A stretch of DNA of 63,969 nucleotides, filler included, from Choristocarpus tenellus KU-1152 (lineage: Eukaryota > Protista > Phaeophyceae), in NCBI GenBank assembly GCA_964200185.2. It is 8 parts of 8 records of this genome, joined end to end, with 100 filler letters (N's around TTAATTAATTAA, not from the genome) between each part and the next. Parts side by side here need not be neighbours in the genome. Positions count along the whole stretch, not along the records: positions 33,330 to 41,085 come from CAXNAD020005632.1; positions 41,186 to 48,928 come from CAXNAD020005650.1; positions 49,029 to 60,387 come from CAXNAD020002370.1; 5 more parts are not named here. One strand, given 5' to 3'. Position 1 is the first letter of the stretch; each line of letters begins with the position of its first letter. The notes under the pieces were generated by a model. The model saw nothing but the letters and a program-made list of their open reading frames with translations, made no database searches and was not told the origin of the DNA. The translations under genes and the position numbers were made by a program. Shown here piece by piece: positions 38,501 through 49,051 of this stretch.

Positions 38501-40294
38501 TTACAGTTTATTTCGGAACAATTTCTTGTGTATCTCTTCTTTTTACTCTTCTGTTTGTTCTATTTTTGTTCTATTGTTGAATATGTTTTTTATTTTTGTA
38601 AGTTGAAAATGATTGAGAGGAGAGTGTTTTCTGAGGGTGAAATGAATTTTCTCTCTCAATCCCTTTTTTTCCATTGTTTAGTTTCAAGTAAACATTCTAC
38701 CACAGGTACGTAATGTTCTATATCTTAAAATGGAAGAGTAAATAACTTTTTTCTCTAAAACCCCAGTTGACTTAATTTATATTAGGTAGGCTACTTCCTT
38801 TTTTTGATACTTGGCCTCTAATTCGGATGTAAACGCCGTCTATTTGAATATAAAACTTTTTTATTATTATTACTTTATTATGATTATTATTTTTATTGTT
38901 GTTAAGACATTGTTGTTGCTATTTTCATATATTTATTGTTATCACATTATTGTTGTATTTATTATTATTACATTATTTGGAGGCGTTTTATACTCCTACA
39001 TAAAAAAGAAAAGGGTGCGATACGCACTCCTTGAGAAGAAAAAAAAAGGCATCAAGAACCATAAAGAAATGGAGGAAAAAGAATAAATAAATACAAGGAG
39101 AAAAAAAGAGGAGATAATTAAGAAAACAAAACAGAATCGCTACTGTGCGGGCCGTCTTTTGCTGGCGCGGGGAATCTGATATTGAATCTGAGATTCGTTG
39201 CCAGTCTTAGTCCCGTAATGTAATCCGAAGATTATTGAATCTGAGATTCGTTGCCCGTCTTAGTCCCGTAATGTACTCCGAAGATTGTTGACAATGTGTG
39301 TGTGTGTGTGTGTGCAACAAGGATGAGCCAATGGCGATCCCTTCACCCAGGGGGGACCCCTTCAATCTACTTCCGCTGTTGTGTTTGTTGGTGTGTCCAT
39401 CCCCCCATACTTGCTTGTACAAACAGTGCCAAATGCAGATGACCTGTACTACTCCAGGCTCCACGCAAGCATCGTGGCGCTCCTCAGCAATGTCTACGAG
39501 GACATGGGTAGGCTGCAGCGATCACCTCAGGTTAGGGTTAGGGTTAGGGTTGTGATTGTTAGTAGCGTGAAATGGGTTAGGGTTAGGGTTACGGGTCATG
39601 GCTTAAGGGTTATAGGTCATGACTTAAGGGTTGTAGGTCATGGCTTAAGGGTTATAGGTCATTGCTTAAGGGTTTTAGGTCATGGCTTAAGGGTTACAGG
39701 TCATGGCTTAAGGGCTGTAGGTCATGCTTAAGGGTTACAGGTCATGGCTTAAGGGTCATGCTGAGCAGGTTTTTCCCGGCCTCTGATTAGAAAAAAAAAA
39801 GAGATTTGGTGAGAACGGTTTGAGTCTATCTCAATGTTTGACATGGTTGCGATCCTGTTTAATCAGATGTTAATCAAATATTAATCAAGGCCGCAATACC
39901 TTTCCTTCAATTTCAACCTCCTTTGTCCCTCCCCTTTGTCCATCATCCCTACTTGCTTCCACAAAACCAAGAAGTGGTTGCACTGTGTATCATACCATAC
40001 CTCGTACCTGTCTCTGGACTCTGCTGTTATATAGAGAGTCAAAGTATCTTAGAGGGTAGGACTGCATCCATTTGGGGTCCAAAATCCAATGTTGCGATTT
40101 TGATGTAATTTTGACCATCATATTTGTTAGGAAGTGTCAATATCCTTGTTCTGGACACACCTTTTCATAACGTATACACTTTACCTACTCCTAAATACTT
40201 TGGAATAGGAAAATATCATAAAAGAACCCATGAGGAGCCAAGCCCCAAATGGACAAACAGGGCAAAACTCATACCCTCTAGGATACTTTCACTC

Positions 40295-40327
<33 letters not shown>

Positions 40328-40820
40328 TACTATAATTACTCAGGGATCAGAGCAAGAAGTTTCTAAGAAATATATTTTTTTGTACTATTTTTTTTGTTTT
40401 TTTAGTCTCTTTTGTGGCTTGCGGGTTGTGCCTTGTCCTACTGTGCAGTATCATATTTATTTATTTGTTAATGACCCTAACCCTAACCCGTAGAGGTGGA
40501 GAACTCGCGTCTCTATCTGTGTGGGCTCAAACCATTTCCTTGATTTTTTTTATATTTTTTGGGGGGTCAACAGGGGAGTAAAATATTTTTTTTCCGTTTC
40601 CTGCGGAGATGAAGATTCCACAAATATTTTATATATTTATATATTTTTTTATTATTTATTTTTTTTAAGAATTTTTTTCCTCTTTGTGACCTATGTACAT
40701 GTGTTTTGCTACAACAATTCATTTCCTAAAAAAAAAATGTCCTCATTATATGTACATACACATGTGCATGTATACGTACGTGCTTGTATGTGTTTTGTGT
40801 CCCCTTGTTCTATTCCCTTT

Positions 40821-40891
<71 letters not shown>

Positions 40892-41050
40892 GTGTTGTGG
40901 TGGCTCTTGTGTGAGGAAACAGGGTAGTGAATCATCAGATCTCCTCATTGTTGCATGCAAGGGTATTGCAGAGATCCTCGAGGGGGTCACAGTCCACTCA
41001 GCAAGTAGAATGCAAAGTATGCGTCTAATCAATGATGCTGTACAGCTCTG
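35542..41050 (+). CDS. Internal exons of an unknown protein (35542-35731, 39427-39530, 40923-41050)
   Basis: AG/GT-bounded and phase-consistent (0/1, 1/0, 0/2): ...RERKSRFFTPPVVLKR|VPNADDLYYSRLHASIVALLSNVYEDMGRLQRSPQ|GSESSDLLIVACKGIAEILEGVTVHSASRMQSMRLINDAVQLW. Confidence 0.7.
38035..38420 (+). repeat. Interstitial telomeric (TTAGGG)n tracts with a duplicated spacer
   Basis: (ttaggg)n-aagccctcagtcctgaSatccctttctaa x2-(ttaggg)4. Further short tracts at ~17810, 34847, 37187, 39531-39590, 40474 and 60739. Confidence 0.9.
39181..39286 (+). repeat. 53-bp tandem duplication
   Basis: attgaatctgagattcgttgccMgtcttagtcccgtaatgtaMtccgaagatt x2. Confidence 0.9.
39594..39760 (+). repeat. 21-bp tandem repeat (~8 units), telomere-like
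   Basis: Unit ggtcatggcttaagggttaYa, directly following (gggtta)n. Confidence 0.95.
40036..40294 (+). mobile_element. MITE subfamily C (~260 bp), copy 2
   Basis: TIRs gagtcaaagtatc / gatactttcactc with a subterminal tccatttgggg / ccccaaatgga pair. Flanks ttatataga / atatatata are a possible 9-bp TSD (7/9). Confidence 0.8.
40823..40889 (+). repeat. (CT)n microsatellite just upstream of a splice acceptor
   Basis: Directly visible. Confidence 0.95.
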
Positions 41051-41399
41051 GTGAGACATCAATTATCATTGAAAGGGCAGGGGGGNNNNNNNNNNNNNNN
41101 NNNNNNNNNNNNNNNNNNNNNNNNNNNNNTTAATTAATTAANNNNNNNNNNNNNNNNNNNNNNNNNNNNNNNNNNNNNNNNNNNNGCCCGGGGCGGATTT
41201 GAAATGGGAGAAAAAAAAAGGGTTGTTTGCCCGAAACGGCCCCCCCTTCACAAACCCCCCCCCCCCCCCCCCAGATACTTTGACCCAAATGCTGGATCAA
41301 ACTAGCGGCAATTTGCTCTTGAGGTACTAGATGGACTGCTGCTATTATGATGCACACATTTTGTTATGAAGTTGCATAAAAAGTCGAGGTGGATTTTAC

Positions 41400-43050
41400 C
41401 ATTGTTAGTATACTTCAAGGCTCCTTTCACAAGGTACACTACAAAGTCATGTATCAATAGTACCTTGTAATGGATATCCACTCCCCTAACTCTCATTCTC
41501 TTCCCCAGGGGCCAGACCTCCTCCGAACGCGTCTCATTGTAAACTTTCAGTAACTTCTCCACCCTGCCACCTTCACGGGGGTAACGGGTCACTCCTGCCG
41601 CCTCCCTACCACCTACAACTCCTGCAGCTGCCGCCGCTGCTGCTTCGGCAACAGCCACTGCCCTTGATGCTGTTGCCCTTGCAGCTGTAGCAGCGCCTGC
41701 AGCTGCCACTGCCCCTGCTGTCGCTGCTGCTGTCGCTGCTGCTGTCGCTGCTGCTGCTGCTGCTGCTGCGGCCCCTGTTTGAGTTGTCGATGATGATGAG
41801 TTCCCAGTCATGGCCAGGCGGCCTTCTGGGAGGATAACCCTAGCCTGCTTCTGCATGCATCGCAGAGTGTGTTGGATGGTTGAGTCAGGGCAAGGTCCAT
41901 GTGGGAGAAGGAGGCACAGGATGCACAAACAGAGGGCAGATATCTTTGCATCCCGAGTTAGGGCAAGAAAATTTCCCACTGGTGGTAGTATCCATAATCG
42001 TCCAAGCCACAGGCACCCTACCAAACCCGCAGCATGAACTGCTGTACTGCTGACCCCTCCTAGGAAGATCAAATCATTGAGCTAGACAGTATATGCTACA
42101 ACCTTCCATGGAAATAACTAGATGCAAGAGATGCAATTATTAATTGTCCTCAAGTTATATTATAGTGCCTGCTGCTGTAACGTGCTCACCTCAAGTTCCG
42201 GTCGTGTGCGGCGGTTGAGGCCCCTCATTCGATCACCAGCCTGTGTAACAATATCATGCGCCCTCCCAGACCTGCTTGACTCAAATTTGGCAAGGTGAGC
42301 AGACCTTTAGAGATTCGTATGATGGCATGTCGATTGAGAACAAAAGAAGTTGGATAATGATCACTGCAACGAGGCAATATTTTGCCTTACTGGACCGGAG
42401 CGAATTAGTTTTCAAGTCCACAAGTTTCCATGACTACGTACAGCACTAAATTGCACTCCAAGAGCGTGGGTAAATAGGATACAGTGCTCATCTATAGGTC
42501 AATGCCTGGGAATAGCATCATTGTCAACATGCAACAGTAGAGATGCCGCACAAGGGCATATTGAGATGGAGAAAAACTGTCTGGTATGGAGAAAAACTGT
42601 CTGGTGTGCCCTCCTCTTCCATTTCGAGGTGAAGAATAAGCACGAAATTGTAGAATCGTGCCATAGCTCATGTCGATGCAGGACTCGAAGGTGAACGTTT
42701 TGTGGGGGACCATTTAATTTCTTAAGGGTGATCCCGTGCACCGCAAGCATGGACAGACCAAAGGGTCCCTCATGAGCTGCAGCTACGTACGTGCTAAGCT
42801 GCCACTCAATATCTCACCAACCTTCACCTCCTGTCCTTGCCTCAGAGTTGGAACGCATTTGAGGCGTATGGCATGACCAGGTTGAAGTCTGGATGGAATG
42901 AGTCAACCTCAATTTGACACATAGAGGTCTCAAAAACGCGACCACGGAGCTGCCACGGAGGGCAATACCATAGATTAAAGCCACAACAAGGTAGAGAAGG
43001 TAGAGGAACCTCATAATTGGCTTCCGTCTCCAGGTCAGGCTACCCATACC
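41400..43050 (-). pseudogene. Decayed multi-exon gene with poly-Ala tract
   Basis: Exon-like pieces (SAHLAKFESSRSGRAHDIVTQAGDRMRGLNRRTRPELE|EGSAVQQFMLRVW*GACGLDDYGYYHQWEIFL) with in-frame stops, and a (GCT)n-rich tract at 41620-41770. Confidence 0.4.
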
Positions 43051-43288
43051 TACAAGACAACCTCTTTCTTCGGTCTACAGTTAGTGGTTTTGTGAGACCA
43101 TAAAACGGTCAACACAAGGGAGAAGTTCAAGTGTTCAACCAGTGCGATTAGATCCATTTCCTCTGTTCTGTAGCACCACAGAGCAATATAATCTATTGCG
43201 TATTGTGAACTTTGCGCCTCTCCTTCTCACCAAGACAACACATCCCTCTTGGGTCCTGTACCTTCTCAGTCATCTTGTGTCCTGTGGT

Positions 43289-46200
43289 ATGGTAGCGAAG
43301 GAAGGTAACATGCACCAATCCATAGCACCTCGGGATGTTGATTCCTCCCATCGCTCGGGGAAGAAGAAGAAGCACAAGAAGCGAAGGCTGGACGCCATCA
43401 GCCTCTTAAGCAACCGCCAACTAATTTCACCCCCCTCACCCCCAGAGATAGCCCGCGGCTTGTTCCATGGTGTCGACATTGGGAAGAAAGGAAAATTGGT
43501 GCACAAGGTGAATAAAATGCCCGCTGCACCAAGCAACGGTTTGTCCTCGTCCATCCCATCCGCAAGACACACCAAGGTCTTACATCCCTCAGCAAGTGAT
43601 CCCAGTTCTCTTTCACCCCAACCCTGCCGAGTCGTGGAGAAAAGGGTGAAGTTAAAACATAAACGGGCGCATAAGGATGTCGAGACGACATCTACTCCAG
43701 TGGAATCAACAACCGTGGCGCCTAGGATTGACTTCCGTGTACATTCAACAACCTCTCCAACAACTCCCCACACTTGTCCAATCAAGCCAACCCCCGAAGT
43801 AGCGAGAGAGGCTGATTCAGAGAGTGAAAGCTCTGAGAGTGATTTTTTTTCAGTCGGGATGGAGCTGAAGAATGAGCACACGGTAGCAGAGGATACGACG
43901 TCCTTGTTCTGCGGGTATAGAGGAGAACCCTTGAAGTGCCTAGATCCTCCGCGCAAAAAAAGAATACCAGGAAGCTGGACTTGTTCATCAAGCGTAGTAG
44001 TCGAGCATGGTAAGTCCGAGACTGCTTCAGTAAGCGTGAGCCCTGATGGCGACCAGCTGGTCCCACATCAGCCCAAACCCACCAAGTCCAAGTCCAAGAA
44101 TGCACCAGTGGAGTGCATCGGCTGCGGTATAGTGGACCGCAGACAAAAAGCCACCTGTAGGGAATGCTCGCTCTCATACCACCGGTTGTGCTTGGACGTT
44201 CCCCAACGAAGGGGCATGAAGAAGAGCACCTGGCAATGCAACGATTGCATGGAGGGTCAGGTGATGGCGAATAAACAAAGTCGCTTAGAGTGGTCAAGCG
44301 CCTTTCCAAACGGTGGACCATCAACGGAACAGTTGCAACGCTTCTGGAAGTCAATGCATGCCAGAGCGATTGAGGAATTCAGGACCAGACCCTCCAAAGT
44401 TGAGATAGATCAGGTGACTCTTGTCGGTTTCCAATGCAGTTGCCTCCTCTCCATCCCACTTCCTCTACCCTCAAACTAAGCATATGAACCAATATGAACG
44501 GATGATTTTATCCTTGCACAAAGAGTTATCTACAGTACAGAATCGAGGTTTTCCAATGGTGTATGGGGTTGGGAACTTTGATACTGTAGAAAATGGAAGA
44601 AGAGGGAGCAACACGAAACAGGAGATTGTCAACACTCTCTTGAAAGCAAACCTTTCCCACACAGTTCATCTTTATCCCACCTATTGCCACAGGACCTGGC
44701 TGACAAGTATCTCCAGTCAGAACCTTGAGAGTATATCCCCTTTGTGTTCCTTAACGCAAACTGCTCATCCACCACTTTGATACTAACAAAGACAAGAATA
44801 CATCTAGGTTACCACATGTGTAGTCTTGGAAGTTTGAATTGTTTGATCAATGTAGGATTAATGCCCTACTTACCTTCTTGCACAGGGAAGTGTGAAGAAT
44901 GAGGGAGAGAGCAGTAGCAGGGGTTTGCAGGAGCTCAAGGCGGAAAATGTACGCCTGATGGGGGTGCTTCAAGGCACCTTGGCGGGCGAGGCGCTCTTGC
45001 TTCTCCAAAAATCAAATAAAGCTCTGGTTAAGGTGAGGTTGTGAAGTGTGACTATGTTAGGTCTATCTGGAGTCCTGTCATCTGTTAACATGCTTGATGC
45101 TTGCCAATGTGATCCTGTGCTGTACTTCAAAGCAAAGTATGATATACCCACATTGAATGGACCAACTGGGTGTTGGGCCTGCACATACAGCATTCACATG
45201 TTTATTATATGATACGCAGATGATCTTATGTGTGTTTGAGTGGTAACATACATATGTGTTTATGTCTATGTAGTGTCTTGTGTTTTGTTGCGATTTTATA
45301 CCCCGTAGAGAGTGTGAGAAAAATGCAATTGCATTTTTGCTTTGTCAGCTGCTGTGCAAATTTTGTGCTCTCCTGTGGTTTGTTATCATATGAAAAAGAG
45401 GTTTGTGGAACAGATTGATGCCCTTATTGATGCTTGCAGACATGTGGATGCGAATGCAAGAGAAGGGTTACATCGATGGCTAGACACAACATTATCTTTT
45501 TTTTGTGCACCGGTGACCCTCCACGTTCATGACAGCCCACCATCTCAAAACTTTACACGCTTCCCAATCTATATGAGAAGTAAGCCTCATCCAGAGGGTG
45601 CATCATGTGGGTTGTTTCCAGGCGAGAATGGAGCTTGCAAAAGTTATTTCACATTTATTTCCGAACAAAGTAAGCATGTAATGAATTTGGATCCACCTCT
45701 CATCATTGCTCCCTTTATCTCCCCCTTGCTTCCCCTTGCCCCACCCCTACCCTGAAAATCGTTAAATTTCTGGACGCACACACACACACACACACACAGC
45801 TTGTTCTCAAACGAAGTACAAGAGCAGAACCCCAGTCAAAGACGAGTACTAACAATACTGAACCTCCAGGCCAAGATGTAGCCCTACAAGCACAGCTCCA
45901 GAGCAATCATGTGGTCCAGAGGAATGGGAACAGCGCGTCAGCAAATATTCCAGTCCCTTCCACTCTGAGCACGGGCACTCTTCCCAGACCCAAGCCTACT
46001 GCAAGCCCCCCTGTGCCTTCTGCCGTCAAACCGGGAGATAAGATCTCTTCGGGGACCCTAACCCTAAAACCAGAAATGGGAAGGGCCCCCCCGTCCCAAA
46101 CTAATTTGGTTGAGGCAAATGTAGCCTGCTCTTCACAGAAGTTTGTGGAGATGGGAGGGGAGGGGGAGGAGAGCGACGGTTACAGCAGTGATGCTACAAC

Positions 46201-46402
46201 GGTACAGCAGGAACCAGGAAACGCAAATAGTACTTGTAATAGTAAGGAAGGCGTGCAAGACAAGAGCAACAGTAGCAGCGAAGGTACGACCAGCAGTGGG
46301 GACGAGGATAGCAGCTCTTCAGAGGAAGGAGAGGGTGTTGCCGATGATAGTGGAAGCAATGAAAGTAACAGTAGTGAAGAAGATAGCGACAGTGACACTT
46401 GA
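43289..46402 (+). CDS. PHD-finger chromatin-associated protein (multi-exon)
   Basis: C4HC3 motif CIGC...CRECSLSYHRLCL...WQCNDC (~44113-44250) and basic NLS-like KKKKHKKRR. Phase-0 exons are 43289-44413, 44481-~44540, 44886-45032, 45414-45512 and 45800-46402, ending in an acidic Ser/Glu/Asp tail. Confidence 0.8.
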
Positions 46403-46670
46403 GGTGGTTAGCACTGTGAGTGCGATTGATTGTACATTAAGGTCTAGACATGTGGTGGACTCTGTGCTCGAAGGACGGAGAGGGGATTGAGAAGGTGATT
46501 AGTTTTGCAGTGATTTTTTGTTGGCATGTGTGTTGGGGATGGTGTGATTTAGGGGGACATTGTTACACGTTGTGTTACTAGAGGAGGAAATTGGGGGAAG
46601 TACCTTGTCCTCACATAATTGGCGAATGTGGTTTTGGAAGCAGGAATGACTGTTGTTGTTGGGATGAAGA

Positions 46671-46844
46671 GACTCAAAGTATCTGGGGGGGGTGGCAGCC
46701 GTCCATTTGGGGTCAATTTTTTCATGTCACGACTTTTGAGTGATTTGATTCCATATATCGGATGGATAATGTAAGTGAACTTTCCCTGGTTATAGCCCAA
46801 ATGGACACCCTGGTGTAGACCCCCCCCCCCAGATACTTTGGGTC
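46671..46844. mobile_element. MITE subfamily A, complete ~174-bp copy
   Basis: TIRs gactcaaagtatctgggggggg / ccccccccccc-agatactttgggtc, plus subterminal inverted gtccatttggg / cccaaatggac. Single termini also occur at ~6160-6183, 33209-33229, 33362-33398, 41255-41286, 48866-48928, 49029-49051 and 63930-63956. Confidence 0.85.
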
Positions 46845-47941
46845 AATAGGAGAAATGGTTGTCTGCTGTTGGGAAGGTGGGTGAAGGAGCAATCACCTCG
46901 CTTTTTGGTCACTATCATGGAAATGACTATCTGGAAATTCAACATCCAGTCCTCAGCTTATCGAGCCAAAATGCAGATTATGCCTATGAGTAGATACATT
47001 TGATGTGCCTAGTACTCTGAAGTTTTACACAGCATACTGTTGGGATGCAGCTATGCTCAAATTGCTAATGGAGGTGTGGATTTTTAGTACTTCATTTTCA
47101 TTGTTTTGTTACCCGGTGGCACAAACTTTCGCTGGATTTTTTTATACGAGTGTTTCCATAGGGTGACTTGTGTCTGGACAACTATATGTTGCACTGCTTT
47201 GTAGGTGCCTGCCTCATGTATAATTACCTTCAGCTGCAAGCTGGTCTCACTTGTAATGGTGATCCTGTTTATATCGGTAGACAGGACCACACATATAATG
47301 GTCCTTATCTCAGCCCTTTTACTGAATTTGTGGAAGCTACTACTATAAGACGAACTTCAGTCTATCTAATCGACATTATTACAAGGTTCAGTATCATCCC
47401 ACGTTTGCAGGGTTGGGAGTGATAACCTGGCAACAGATGGGTTTACTTTTTTACTATCATGACAAGTCAAATTTGAGTTTTTATAGTGTTCAAGATCGAT
47501 CTGGGTTGGTCCAGCACCACAGATCATCTGAGGAGTGGGACTGTGATAAATTATATTGGATCAGCCGCTGTCACTTGTCATACTAACCAGCTGTGAGATA
47601 CTAGAGTGTCCACATTGGAGTTGCACGCGTCTCCATCCACATCATGAGTGCCACGTCGCTTGTTGGGAAAAAATTCTTCCATCTCAACTAACTTCTTACT
47701 TCTTCGGCTGACCCACTCTTGGTTCATGTCCAGTTGAAAATGCAAAGTAGATTATGCTGAGAGTCCCCAGATACGCAGCAATTGTGTGACTTATCTCACT
47801 GAAGAACGTCAAGATTTCATTTGAACCATGGCCATACCTTCTAGTGTAAACATGTTTGGTCTTCAAGCTTTGATTGACATGGACTTTGGGTAATGCCATG
47901 GCTTCAAATCATGACTATCTGGAATGAGAATTCAAATGATA

Positions 47942-48865
47942 CTCCCTCCGTCCCATAAGTCTGTGACCTTGGGGTGTAACTTCTCGAGATGACCCCAGAT
48001 TAAGAACACTGTTTTTTACGTTGTACCCCTTCTTATTTTTGTGAAAATCATTCATCAATTTCCTTATGCCCATCTATCTCCACCAATCCACCGCCGTGTT
48101 GAAAGCCCCTCTGTCCATTCTGACCGACTTTGGCAGACTTCCCCCACGCTACCTTGTCTTAGGTCCAGTGCACTGTACCTCGAAATCGTTGCCCCTTAGT
48201 GCCTTCAAAACTTGATTGTACTGCTTAAAGCGGCTCTGCCGCACCCTCTCTAAAGCAACTGCGTTGTACGAGCCGCATATGCTCTTTGATCCCTTCACAA
48301 GGTCGTCTATCGTACTGTAACACTCCCTCCAAACTCTACTTTTTGGGACGCAAAGAACCCAAAATCTATGATGTTGAGAACAAGTGACTGTGCAAGTTGC
48401 CTTGCGAGCTTGATATTCCACCCTCCCTCCCTCCCGACTTCGTTGGGCTTCCACGACGTTTCTTTTCCCATATGGGGGGGCACTCTATCCTGCTGCGCAA
48501 CCTCCTCCTCACCCTCCAACCATGGCATTTTTCCTCCAATGCGGGGAGAAAAGTCTCCATCGTATCACTCCTGATACCACTCTGCGTCAATGGTCTCATC
48601 GAAGTCGTACCTGCTTGTTGAAGCAAACACGCCAGATTCCAATCTTGCCGTCGAAATTGCGGTAAGGATCTGTGCCCGAAACAGTGCAGATGAAAATCAC
48701 CTTAGGACTGCGACTCTTATGCTCCACCTTGGTGGAGACCACCCTTTCCTCCCTGGGGGGAACATGCGGACGCGCTCCCCGTGGCGGATGAGGTAGAACT
48801 ATGCTTCGTCGATATGAATCGTGTCGGGGCTGCTTCTGTAATTAAGGCGGTTCCTTGCTGCTTGG
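47942..48865 (-). mobile_element. Decayed Tc1/mariner (DD39D plant/oomycete-type) transposon with Stowaway-type TIR
   Basis: TA|CTCCCTCCGTCCC at 47940-47954. Minus-strand motifs TIHIDEA*FY, PKVIFIC...FDGKIGIW, QQDRVPPH and GWNIKL..Q..QS..LNIIDFGFF. The 5' part is cut by a MITE-A terminus and the contig end. Confidence 0.9.
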
Positions 48866-49051
48866 GGCTCAAAGTATCTTGGGGGGGGGGGGGGGCCTAC
48901 ACAAGGGGGTCAATTTGGACAAAAAGCANNNNNNNNNNNNNNNNNNNNNNNNNNNNNNNNNNNNNNNNNNNNTTAATTAATTAANNNNNNNNNNNNNNNN
49001 NNNNNNNNNNNNNNNNNNNNNNNNNNNNCCCCCTCCCAGATACGTTGGGTC

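Noticed and set aside
39381-39731. ORF with VRVRVR and GHGLRV repeats
   Set aside because: Read-through from a real exon into telomeric and 21-bp repeats.
43270-44354. Long antisense ORFs (228 and 190 aa)
   Set aside because: Shadow frames of the PHD gene exon.
45230-45418. Cys-rich ORF resembling 5752-5964
   Set aside because: It lies in a predicted intron of the PHD gene, and the similarity is explained by TG-rich composition.
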